Positions 26,514-38,241 of a stretch of DNA of 64,000 bases are shown here, in pieces. The notes below the pieces were generated by a model. That model saw nothing but the letters and a program-made list of their open reading frames with translations. It searched no databases and was not told the DNA's origin. Each line of letters opens with the position of its first letter. Within the stretch, counting starts at the first letter, position 1. Both the position numbers and the translations under genes were made by a program. This DNA comes from Macrostomum hystrix (Eukaryota > Animalia > Platyhelminthes): NCBI GenBank assembly GCA_950097015.1, contig CATNEN010000034.1, positions 6,510,001 through 6,574,000 on the forward strand. Reading direction: 5' to 3'.

Positions 26514-26556
<43 letters not shown>

Positions 26557-26602
26557 ACAGCCAGTTGCACAAGAAATATTACGCGATTCTGCAGATTATT
26601 AA
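20176..26602 (+). CDS. AVL9: AVL9 late-secretory-pathway protein (DENN-related); exons 20176-20238, 21243-21363, 21707-21792, 22190-22415, 24175-24385, 24707-25371, 25684-25954, 26197-26285, 26430-26602
   Basis: Motifs IVGFHHKRGVQ|LEYCYPP, LPEEW..LP.LALPDGAHN, CYRQI, SVQKSVVV, LFKLLLLERRVL, FLPYVSLQQ, EWEGSDDWLRAQF. All junctions are GT/AG and phase-compatible. Confidence 0.95.
21850..22160 (+). mobile_element. tRNA-derived SINE, family 1 copy b (AVL9 intron 3)
   Basis: Colinear similarity to 1316..1645 along its length. Confidence 0.75.
22492..23847 (-). mobile_element. Full-length mariner (DD34D) with frameshifted transposase in AVL9 intron 4
   Basis: TIRs TCAGGTGTGTCATAAGTAATGTCACTG (22492-) and the inverse (23821-23847), with TA at the right flank. 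ORFs 23602-23300, 23310-22753 and 22846-22586 carry HTH, WVPHDLT, DETW, DNARPH and YSPDFNLCD. Confidence 0.93.
23850..24155 (+). mobile_element. tRNA-derived SINE, family 2
   Basis: B-box GGTTCGATTCCC, central GTGTCCTT...CACTTAACTCTACATTGCTTCAGTTCACCCAGCTGT segment typical of conserved SINE central domains, and a (TAAT)n tail. Confidence 0.65.
25455..25612. repeat. 23-bp intronic minisatellite (GGCTACGGAAATGGCTAGTCATA)
   Basis: AVL9 intron 6. Confidence 0.93.
26000..26155. repeat. 21-bp intronic minisatellite (GAGTTCTGTTTAGCTTCTCCT)
   Basis: AVL9 intron 7. Confidence 0.93.
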
Positions 26603-26659
26603 AACAGCTTTTTTATTCCATTTTATTCCTTGTTAATTTTTTTAACTCGTTGAAGCTGT

Positions 26660-27010
26660 AAATGTCTATGGCTGTCGGCTGAAGTTGTGGATGTCTGTGA
26701 CTGTGTGCTGAAGTTGTGGATGTCTTTGACTGTGTGCTGAAGTTGTGGATGTCTGTGACTGTGTGCTGAAGTTGTGGATGTCTGTGACTGTCTGCTGAAG
26801 TTGTGGATGTCTGTGACTGTGTGCTGAAGTTGTGGATGTCTGTGACTGTCTGCTGAAGTTGTGGATGTCTGTGACTGTGTGCTGAAGTTGTGGATGTCTG
26901 TGACTGTGTGCTGAAGCTGTGGATGTCTGTGACTGTGTGCTGAAGTTGTGGATGTCTGTGACTGTGTGCTGAAGTTGTGGATGTCTGTGACTGTGTGCTG
27001 AAGTTGGGGA
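26660..27010. repeat. 29-bp minisatellite (GTGTGCTGAAGTTGTGGATGTCTGTGACT)
   Basis: Tandem array just 3' of the AVL9 stop. Confidence 0.95.
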
Positions 27011-29966
27011 TGACTGAAGATCCCTGTTCGATGATGAGCCACTGCTTTGAGTGAGTCCTAGTAAGTTTTAAGCTGTCTGGCTTGTAATAGGAAAATAAAT
27101 TGTCGTTTTATTTACTAGCTTGGAAACAGGCTGTTTGCTTTTTAAAGCACTTTTAATTTTACTTGGCTAGTTTTCAAAGCTAGGTGTAATATTAGGTACT
27201 CTTATAACTCGATTTGTTCATAATCTGCGAAATCGACAAATTAGTTTTATAGAGAAAGCTAGTTTTGTTTCTTTTGTAAAAAGATGTTCTTTAACACAAG
27301 AAACGGAAACACGGGACTTGTAAAACTAGCTCGTATTTTACGCTATACTCTTCAATGCCATCAATTTAATAACTCTCGTTCTTTTCTATCCAAATACTTC
27401 TTCCCAGCTGTTACTCTCATTGCTGGCAGTTTTTTCTCCTTGAAAACAAAGCCGAACATCCGTCTTCATGTATGTCCTAATATACCGGTACAGGCTGCAT
27501 TCCATTATTTTCTTTCGCTGCCGTCTATAAGCTTCACAACTTTTATTGCGCCCCAATCTCCCAGTCTGGCTGTACAAAGCAAATTTTCTGCAATAATTTA
27601 CCTAATCGTTCCCGTTATATAATCAGCCTCTAACTATCTGTCATTATATTTTGTTTCAAAACATATATATTAGATGCGATTATTAACCGGACTTATCTTA
27701 CTGTTCTGAAAGTTTTCCATACAAACACAACATTAGTTTTCATTTTATCTTTATTGATTTGAGATTTATTGACATTTGAGATAGCTGCTTTATTTGCTGT
27801 AATTACTAAACAGTACAAAGTCTGTTCAGTCTACAAGCCAACACCCAGCTACGACCAAATGCTGGTAACCGATTTTACAGACGATTGAACTGAAGCAATT
27901 TCGGCGCTAAATGCGTGTCTAAAGCCTGATCTAGCATACACGTTTTTCCCTTCGACTGAGAACCGATCTCCTGTAGATAATTGGCGTGGTCGGGATAGGA
28001 GTTGTAGGTGGGAGATAAATCAAGACAGATAGGGGCCGCCAACATTCTTCAGCTTGGCCTAATGGTTGACACCGGCATCATTTCTTTGAAAGTGCCACAA
28101 TAATCATAGGCGAGTCTCAACTGCAGGGGCGGAAGCAAACGCAATCTCAACTGCTAGAGCGACAGTCTCAAGACAATTTTTTTCTGTAGCAGTTTTCCCA
28201 GCATTGGTGGGCGCCAGAACGATACTGATCAATTTTTTGCACGATGCGACGACTTGGGGCAGCCTGGGCAGCATCAGTTACAGCAAGCTAGCTCACTCTC
28301 TTATGTAGTTAATTTCATCACATCACTGCAGTCACTGTGAAATTTTTGGCGTCTTATCGGCCGGTCAGAGCTTGTTGAAAGACGCAATTTCTGGCATCCG
28401 TCCCTCCGCTTTTCATCGCCTGGAACCCTGAATAAATGCGTAATGCTAGAAATTTTAATACGTAAATATTAAGTTAAATGTAGTTAAATGACGGAATTGG
28501 CACCAATAAAGTCTAGGGGCGCCATGAATCACAGAGAGCCTAGTTTAAGCAGCCCCATAGGGACGAATATCTCTGTATCCCCCATTAGTTTTAGATGATC
28601 GCGCTTTGTTCATTATATTTCCCCGGTTTGAATATAATTGAACCAGGACATTAAAACGAACTCGGTATTATTTCAATATAATAAAAGCTCAAAGCGTTTT
28701 AGAAATCCATCTAACAGTTGAAGAAATAATATGCAAATAAAAATATACTTCAGTAATAAAGCTCTGAAAACGAATATTAAAAAGGAAAAGCGAAAATGAA
28801 GCAAAGCATGCACGGTGCAGTCCGAAATACAATATTCCAAAGATCCAATACAACATTAATTTTGAGTTATTTTTTTTATTAAAACAGTTTTCTTTATGTT
28901 CCTAAAAAATTGATGACACAAATAGCAAAAAATATGCACATATTTGGATTTTATTATTTATATATTATATTTAGTATTCATATATTTTAAAATGTTTATG
29001 TACTTTTATTTGAACTTTTATGTATTAGGCTGACTTAGTATTTTGAGAATAAAATAATTTCGATAAATAGTTTTTTGTGCCTTTAGCTTCAAGATAATAA
29101 TTTTATTTTAAATCCTTGTTTACTACTATTAGTATAAATTTAAATATTATATGTATAGGCCCTAAAGTATTATAAATATTACTTGAAATGTAAAATTTCA
29201 AGCTTATTGCTCAAGTTATATGTAGGTAGCCTAATTGAGCTATATTATATATTGTAGTTATATGGTACTTATCCTACACGTGAATATGGCCATTATTAAT
29301 TAAATTAACTATTTACTTATTAAATGCATAGTTATCACCAAAATGATATCTCTCATAGTGTATTTTGTATAGAATAATTTATTAGATGTAATTTTTGGCA
29401 TGTGTATGATGTATAATACAGTTTTAACAACATATATATTATATTCAATATTAAAAGAACAGCATCTTACATTTCTAATACAAAAAAGTTTCTTCTTCCT
29501 TCATTTTTCCATTTAGATGCTTGAACATTGCTGATATATCAGGATAGGGCCTAGCTATTGTCCATTTTTATCAGTGTATTTGTATAGCTATAGCTAGATT
29601 TTTGTGTAGATTTTTAAAAGCTCAATTAATACTTGTGTCATAAAATAATGGTGAAATACACCATGGGATATCTAGTTTTTTTAGCTGGGAGTATAGGACT
29701 AGGATAAGCTTATTGCTATATGCCTGTCAGTTATATGTTTTCCCAGAAAATACATTCTATTATGTATTGTTATATAATGGCATAATGTTTTTTATAATAA
29801 CAAGCTCTATTTATACCTTCCTATGTAAAACTGTATAACTCTCTGTGTTTTAAATTGCTCCAAAAATTGTGTGGTAATTTTGACTCTGTGCTTTATAAAA
29901 TACTTTATGATTATTTTCAATTAGAATAATATATAGCTATAAATATAAAAAACTGAAAGCTAGTAT

Positions 29967-31282
29967 GTATTCGCCTGATCTGGCGCCAGCAGATTTCGCC
30001 TTATTTCCACTAATGAAGTCGCATCTGCGAGGTAAAGTTCATGAGAACCGTGACAACCTCGGAGGTCTTCTGTGCAGTATGGGGTCTGGCGTTGTCGTGG
30101 TGGAGAAGAAAGGGCTTGATTCCAACCCGACGCTTGTTCCAGATTTCAAACTTCAATTTTTCAAGGGAAGCAATATAGCACTCGGCATTGATGCTCTTCC
30201 CTGGCTCAATAAATTCGATTGTAAGTGGTCCATTTCTGTCGAAGAACAAAGTCAGAAGCACATTTTTGCAGTGAGGCTCTTGACGTGCCTTAACAGGGGG
30301 GTCTGAACCCCTGATTGTCCAAACCTTGGACTCCTGTTTGGTGGGGGGATTGAAGTGAGGCACCCACGTCTCGTCACCAGTAACAATGATTTGCCGAAAC
30401 ATTTCCCATCCACCATGTTGCCTGACAAGCTCCAGATTCTCCTGGCACACTCGCTGCCGCTGCTCTTTCAGGTCTGGTGTCAGAAGGCGTGAAATCCAGC
30501 GAGCACTCAGCTTCACATAATCCATGCTGGTGAGACTTCGATGAACCGTTGATCGCGGAGTATTCAGCCTGTCAGCAATCTCTCTGATCGTCATTCGTGC
30601 GTCCTCATCAAGAAGATCCAGGATAGCGTCAGCCAGGACGTCAGAGTCTCGAACATGAGGGCGACCTGTCCTGAGCTGATCAGCAAGGTCCGTCCTTCCC
30701 GCTCGAAACTGTTCTATCCAACGATAGATGGTCATTTTACTGACCGCGCAAGACCCATGGGCTGATGAAAGTTGCCCATGAATCTCGGCTGCACTGTGCC
30801 CCGTCTTCCAAAGGGTGTAAATCACACTCCTCTGGGCAAAACTTGAATGCACATCCATGATCTTTAGCACAGCACAAGAAATGAGAACAAAAATGCTCGT
30901 ACTGAAGCCAAGTCCCAGTGAGAGATATGAAGATTTCATTCCATCTTTTCCAGAGACAACTTTCAAATTATAACTTCATTATGGTTTTTCCAGAGACATA
31001 TCTTTGTCGCGGATTGAGAAATTGAGAAATTTTGGTTGAAAGAGTGACCTCAGTCGAAAGCACTTTCGTAGCATTCCGATAGCTTGTTGATTTACTGTAA
31101 GTCTATGTTTGAGGTCCTGTTAGTTTTTCGTTGATAACTTCTATTTCCCTAGTCTGTTAGAAAAAAAATTTGAATTAATATAAAGAAGAGACTTGCCGCT
31201 ATAAGACTGTCAAATCACGTTATTTGAACCATCAGAACAAAAGATATAATCAAAAGTAACACTACTTTTGGGACAGCCCTCG
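29967..31282 (-). mobile_element. Mariner element with rearranged 3' end (second family)
   Basis: 5' TIR TA|CGAGGGCTGTCCCAAAAGT (31282 leftwards). Transposase from ATG 30858 with HTH, WISRLLT, TGDETW, LHHDNARPH. The YSPDLAPAD motif lies on the opposite strand at 29968-30058; 3' TIR not found. Confidence 0.92.
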
Positions 31283-31950
31283 TATAATATTAATATCTAG
31301 CTTTCATGTTTTAACTAATTACTGTTTAGTTAGCTAAACACCTTTCTTTTTTAAATCAATGAAATATATATTTCAATACTTTTATTAACAGTTTAAACTA
31401 AAAAAATCAATGTTGTCTTAGGAAAAATACTCTTTAGGCTCTTTACCTAATTTAGCTAAAATGGGCAGCTTAGCTTAGTAGTTCCTATAACCTTGACATA
31501 AACTAGGTGTTGCATTCTTTTAATCCAGTAAGAATGAGAGACACAGGATTCACAGGTTCCAAGTTGAGCCAGGGAGGTCCAAAAATGTACTGCCTCTGAG
31601 CACTACACACATCTATTTATACAACGACTCCACAGAGTGGTACAAAGAAAAGTTAACATTACACTAGGCTAGCCCTATTTTCAATGGTGTAGCTTTTTAT
31701 TATTCTGGACATATTAAGCAAGCACTTAAAAGTTCTTATAGCTAGCCACCTAATACTTATAACTATATATAGGTCCATTCATATGTAATTGTTACTTAGA
31801 CTTGGTTCAAAGTTTTTGAAAGGCTAAAACATAAATTTTTAATTATTTTAAGGATACTCTAATGATTTTGCACATCAGTGTAGCAGTTGCAAACAGGTTA
31901 TTAGCTCAACAACGATATTTTTCAGCTCAAGCCAGATTATTGCTGAGCCA

Positions 31951-34900
31951 ATGTTATCACAGTTTCCAATAGAAGACAGGGTGCGTCAGAAAAGTGCCTT
32001 GGCAATGTCTCTGCTGGACCAGACAGAGTCGGCTGAGTTGACGCTTCTAAGCTTCATTGATACTTTGGTTCTGACACTAAAGAAGCGCCGCGCCACTGTT
32101 GCTATGGAGATGGATAACTGGCGCAGTGCCAGGCAGAGAGTGCGCCAGGTTGCCGCTGTCAGGCCAGCCTCAGTTCGCGAGCTGTCTGCCGCCGAGACTA
32201 CACTGGACAATGCGCTGAGTGCCAAATCAGACTGGGCTGTCGCTTTCAGCTGGGATGAGTCAGAGGCTGCTGCTCTGTCTGACCACCTGCTCAGGTAAAT
32301 TGGATGATACGCCTACATTTAACCTACTACCAAATTGGAAGAGAAGAGACGGGGGATTAACATTCAGTATTTAATCAGCTAAGTATATTTTTTCCACGGA
32401 ATAATTTCAAATAAAGTCCTTAATAACTGGGTCTTGCTTAGAGTTTGATCCAAATTAATCCCTTAATTTCATGATTTTTATGGGTCAATTGTAAGATATT
32501 TCCCCATAATCCACAAGTATTCCGCTATTCTCTGCTGCTGCCCAGAGTCTTAAAACTTGAATGTGTTGACGCCACGGCTCCGCGCGTCCCCAAAGAAGGC
32601 CGCCCAGGCTTCGTAGCCGCCCTGTCGGCCGCCTGTTTACCGGATTGGTGCTTTGTGATTGGACAGCAGCCGGATGGAACTAGCCAGGCTTACTATAGCC
32701 GGGCTAGCAACTGGCTAGAACTGAAAGAGTTCAATGTGGAGAAGGCCGGACGGGCAGATTTGAGTCGGGCAGTCTGCGTTAGAGTTTGCGCCAAACTGCA
32801 ACTGGCACTGATTCTGATTGTCAATCAGACTGACAGCTGTGTTATAGCCTGCAAGCCGGATGGACAGCTAATGTTCGGCATCGGTTCCGAATTCGAATGC
32901 AAGTTAGTAATCTCAACTGTCTGTTTAGTCCATTTTTGCTTTCATCATTTTTTAGCTAAGCTCTAGAATCCACATGAGTCTTTTTCGATTCAGCATCCTA
33001 AAATCGCACGATTCACATATTAACATCCCATAGTCCCCTATTCCACAGCACATCCCAATATCCCAAAATCCATGATCGCACATTAAAGCATCTCATAATC
33101 TCTAACCCCGAATCTAAACATCCTATAATCTCTGATCCCACATCCAAACATCCCATAATCTCTGATCCCACATCCAAACAACCCATAATCTCTGATCCCA
33201 CATCCAAACATCCCATAATCTCTGATCCCACATCCAAACAACCCATAATCTCTGATCCTACATCCAAACATCCCATAATCTCTGATCCTACATCCAAACA
33301 TCCCATAATCTCTGATCCTACATCCAAACATCCCATAATCTCTGATCCTACATCCAAACATCCCATAATCTCTGATCCCACATCCAAAGAACCCATAATC
33401 TCTGATCCTACATCCAAACATCCCATAATCTCTGATCTTACATCCAAACATCCCATAATCTCTGATCCCACATCCAAACAACCCATAATCTCTGATCCTA
33501 CATACAAACATCCCATAATCTCTGATCCCACATCCAAACAACCCATAATCTCTGATCCCACATCCAAACATCCCATAATCTCTGATCCCACATCCAAACA
33601 TCCCATAATCTCTGATCCCACATCCAAACATCCCATAATCTCTGATCCCACATCCAAACAACCCATAATCTCTGATCCCACATCCAAACAACCCATAATC
33701 TCTGATCCTACATCCAAACATCCCATAATCTCTGATCCTACATCCAAACATCCCATAATCTCTGATCCTACATCCAAACATCCCATAATCTCTGATCCCA
33801 CATCCAAACATCCCATAATCTCTGATCCCACATCCAAACATCCCATAATCTCTGATCCCACATCCAAACAACCCATAATCTCTGATCCTACATCCAAACA
33901 ACCCATAATCTCTGATCCTACATCCAAACATCCCATAATCTCTGATCCTACATCCAAACATCCCATAATCTCTGATTCCACATCCAAACATCCCATAATC
34001 TCCAACCCAACCCATACTTTCGAGAAGCATACAGACACCATACTCTACTTCACAACAATCCCAGCTACCAGCTCGGCGTAGCAGAGGATGTGCTCAGCAC
34101 TGGCAGCCTGCTAGTTGTCTGCAGTCCTCAGCACGGCCTCCTATTTGTGCCGATGTCCGATCCGATGCTTTGGCGCGACGCTGTCGACAAGAAGTCGGCG
34201 AGCCTCAATTTTCCAATTAGGCTAGCTTGGAGCCGCGAGAAGCAGACTCTGTTTGTGCTAGATGAAGTTGTTTTTGGCAAGCGCTATCGTATGCAAGCAT
34301 TTGATGTCAATGTCAGGGGAACTTTATCATCATCGCTCAGCCAACTGAATTCTACAGCTTGTAGCATTTTGTCTGCTACGCGGCCTTGCGTGCAAGTTAG
34401 CGAACTGGGACTTTTATTAGGCGTGACGGAGGCCGAGCTCACCAAGATTCTCCTGCTAGGATTCAATTGCGCAAGCATTGTTGGCACGGTGAAGCTCAAC
34501 CTGCAGCATCCGCTGAATGATCTGTTTTATATTGGCCGCAGTCTTGGCGTGTGCAGCGGCTCCGATCTGATTCTGCCTGACAATGTCAAGCGCTTGCGTC
34601 CCGAGGGGTGAGTTTCTCATGCATTGGTCTGTTTGTGTACCAGCTTTAACGTGGGTGTAAAAAAATTGGGTTCATGTGTCCACGGTTTTTCCACTAATCA
34701 CCATGTCACCATTATTTGTGACCGTTTTTCTCCTCGCCACGGAATCGAGCTCAGGGATATTTGTGCGAGAGGCAAACGCGTTAGACCGATCTACCACCGA
34801 CCCCCCTCTCTAGATACATACATAGATGTATTGAGCAGAAACCGCAAGATTCACTTTATTGGACATACAAATCACGGAGGTCACGGGAAACGGTCACATA

Positions 34901-37018
34901 AATGGTCACACGGAATAGTCACATACACACAGTCACAGTAAACGGTTGCATGGTGACCCGAGTTTCATGAACATAAACGGTCACACAAAATGGTCATAGC
35001 GTTACATTTCACGGTCGCAGCCATTTTTTGTGACCGTTCTAATATGCACGGGTAAGCAGCTGTACACAGCCTTCGGAAGCGCCTTTTGAATAGCTGCGGC
35101 TGAGCCAATCCGTTGCACTATTAACTAGATTGCGGGGCGAGTCGCCATCGCCAGCCGTGCTGTGTCACTCAGTCGAGGATGCTGGAATCTCTGTTACTCA
35201 CCTGTCGGGTCTTCGATTCGTCCTGGAGCTGGAGGTGTCGCTGTCTAGCGGCCGGCATGCGTCCTACTCGATTCGAGTCTGCGGCGCCCCAGAGAAGTCC
35301 GGCGACCAGCCGAGCAGGCTGCGCTTGATCCACCCGAATGGCGAGGAAATCTTGTTGAGGCAGCCGGCCTGCATCCGGGCCTGCTGCCAAACTGGCCAGC
35401 TGATCATTGCCGACCAGCTCGCTAATCATGTGCTCGTCTGCTCACAGGATGGGCGCGTGAACTCTGTTATCGGGCCTTCGTTTAGCTGCCGGTAATTGGG
35501 TTACCTGCGAATCCTCTGTTATCAGAATTGGGATTATCTGTAGTCACAGTTAAGATTATCTGTAGTCACAGTTGTGATTATCTGTAGTCACAGTTAAGAT
35601 TATCTGTAGTCACAGTTGTGATTATCTGTAGTCACCGTTGGGATTAACTGTAGTCCCAGTTGTAATTATCTATGGTCACAGTTGTGATTATCTGTTGTCA
35701 CAGTTGGGATTATCTGTAATCAAAGTTGGGATCTGTAGTGACAGTTGGAATTATATATATATAGTCACAATTAGGGCACAATTGGGGTAATCTGTTGTGA
35801 CAGTTGGCATTATATATAGCCAAATTGTGGTCTTCTGTTGTGACAGTTGGGATTATATATAGTCACTCACAATTGGGGTAATCTGTTGGGACAGTTGGGA
35901 TTATATATAGTCACAATTGTGGTCTTCTGTTGTGACAGTTGGGATTATATATAGTCACAATTGGGGTCTTCTGTTGTGACAGTTGGGATTATATATAGTC
36001 ACTCACAATTGTGGTCTTCTGTTGTGACAGTTGGGATTATACATAGCCACAATTGGGGTCTTCTGTTGTGACAATTGGGATTATATATAGCCACAATTGT
36101 GGTCTTCTGTTGTGACAGTTGGGATTATACATAGCCACAATTGGGGTCTTCTGTTGTGACAATTGGGATTATATATAGCCACAATTGTGGTCTTCTGTTG
36201 TGACAGTTGGGATTATATATAGTCACTCACAATTGGGGTCTTCTGTTGTGACAGTTGGGATTATATATAGTCAAAATTGGGGTCTTCTGTTGGGACAGTT
36301 GGGATTATATATAGTCACAATTGGGGTGTTCTGTTAGGACAGTTGGGATTATATATAGTCAAAATTGGGGTCTTCAGTTGGGATTATAGATTCTGCTGTC
36401 CAGTGTGGCAAAGCCTTTATCCTTATTTTCAGCTCTCGTTTGTCCCAGCCGTCGGACGCAGTGAGCACTGGTGATCTCCATGTGATCTGCTGCCCGGATA
36501 CGGGCCTCTTCCTAGCATCTATGGCCGAACCCTCGGACTGTAAATTCAGTATTAAGAAGCATAACATTCGGCTGCGGCGCCCGGTTCGACTGGCCTGGAG
36601 CGACTCTCGCCAGCTGCTCATTGTTGTCGACGAGGTAGCCGACCGGAACTACGCCGTCTGTACCTTCAGCGTGGTTAAGAATCCACGTCTGCTACCCACG
36701 TCGGCTACTCTGATGCTGCTAGCTGGTCCCAGCGATGCCTTCTTCTCCCTGGCTGACCCTTGCGCTGTCAGCTGCAGCGGTGGCGCCATTCTTCTCTCGG
36801 CCAGCGGCGAAGAGGGCACGAGCGACACGTCTCCTAGGCTGCTGACAACCTCCGCCGACTGCGCCTCCATCGGGTTGGTTGACTGCGACTTGCCAACCAG
36901 CGGCGTTGTGACCGACCTCTGCTGGATTGACCGCAGCTTGTGGCTCTGCTGCAGTGGCCGGATCATTTCAATTCCAGTTCGAGGGCGCGAGAAGGCCTCG
37001 GCTTATTATAGCGGCTAG
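31951..37018 (+). CDS. Coiled-coil + two degenerate NHL-like propeller modules (gene AB); exons 31951-32294, 32546-32902, 34065-34607, 35129-35491, 36433-37018
   Basis: All four introns are GT/AG phase 2 and frame-compatible. Repeated motifs LIIxDQ..xxVCxxDGxxxxxIGPxFxC, DxxSTGxLxVxC, PxRLAWSxxxxxLxVxDEV and xDLxWI. The NHL assignment is by resemblance only. Confidence 0.72.
33110..34010. repeat. 30-bp intronic minisatellite (CATCCAAACATCCCATAATCTCTGATCCCA)
   Basis: Intron 2 of gene AB; source of the 342- and 315-aa repeat ORFs. Confidence 0.97.
35515..36390. repeat. Composite intronic minisatellite (GTGACAGTTGGGATTATATATAGTCACAATT-type units)
   Basis: Intron 4 of gene AB. Confidence 0.92.
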
Positions 37019-37064
37019 AATGCACTGGAATGTGACTGACTGGAACACTTCGTTAGGTTTGTAA

Positions 37065-37500
37065 GTCGATTTGGCCTGCCAGTTTTATGAGCCAATATTG
37101 GCCAGTTGTGAGCTGCCAGTTTCATGAGCCAATATTGACCAGTTGTGAGCTACCAGTTTCATGAGCCAATATTGGCCAGTTGTGAGCTGCCAGTTTCATG
37201 AGCCAATATTGACCAGTTGTGAGCTGCCAGTTTCATGAGCCAATATTGGCCAGTTGTGAGCTGCCAGTTTCATGAGCCAATATTGGCCAGTTGTGAGCTG
37301 CCAGTTTCATGAGCCAATATTGGCCAGTTGTGAGCTGCCAGTTTCATGAGCCAATATTGGCCAGTTGTGAGCTGCCAGTTTCATGAGCCAATATTGGCCA
37401 GTTGTGAGCTGCCAGTTTCATGAGCCAATATTGGCCAGTTGTGAGCTGCCAGTTTCATGAGCCAATATTGGCCAGTTGTGAGCTGCCAGTTTTTTGAGTC
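37065..37500. repeat. 37-bp minisatellite (GTTTCATGAGCCAATATTGGCCAGTTGTGAGCTGCCA)
   Basis: Tandem array just 3' of the gene AB stop. Confidence 0.96.
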
Positions 37501-37934
37501 AGTATTTAATTGGCCAAATTGATTTTCTTGTTGTATGAGCTACGGTAATAAATGCCTATCTGAAGCAAATTTCTTTTGAAAATTTCGAGTAGATCTAGGT
37601 TTGATTTTTTAAGCATTTAGTTTTTTTGTTTAATGACATTTAGTTGTTTTGATAATTCCAGAATGCATTGCCTCAACTATTTTGTTTATTTACTTGTTTT
37701 CTTTTTAGTTATTTACTATCTAAGTTTTTTCAGCTTCAAAAGCCAAATAAAATAGTTTATTGTTAAATCCAGTTCTGCATTGCGTGTTTTGATTCAAAAT
37801 TACCGTGATTTATTGTGTCGTTTTCCTTATTTTTCATTGTTTATTCCCACTGAAAGGTAGCTCCCGTGTCGTACAGCCTGTTGAGAGGCCGGCGGTAGCC
37901 TAAAATACTTAGGAAATCATATGTGCACTGGCTC

Positions 37935-38200
37935 ATCATTTTGTGACAGAAGACCCGCAGCCAACATGAGGCAGTTCTGCCCATTTCGCTGAATCCTACA
38001 CGCGGATGCCGTACACACTTTTACTGTGTCAAACAAAGTACACTCTAACTGCGCCTTTGGGGGTAGGGCCTCGAGGTCATAAAGTACATTGCGAGGCCCC
38101 TTCTCTCCGCGAATGCGCAGTTAGTATTGACTATGTAGCTTCAGAAACTCTTGGCCTCTTGCCGCTCCTGCAAGGGCGTGTTAACCAGCTGGCACGAGGT
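37935..38200 (-). mobile_element. tRNA-derived SINE, family 1 copy c (diverged)
   Basis: Reverse complement contains GCGAAATGGGCAGAACTGCCTCATGTTGGCTGCGGGTC, matching copies a and b. Confidence 0.6.
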
Positions 38201-38241
38201 GCCAATGCATTTCCTTTCAAATAAAACTTCCAGGCACTGCC

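Noticed and set aside
34640-35050. GTGACC/GGTCAC-rich intronic segment as a defined transposon
   Set aside because: Short motifs occur in both orientations but no clear termini or TSD; probably a TE remnant that I cannot classify.
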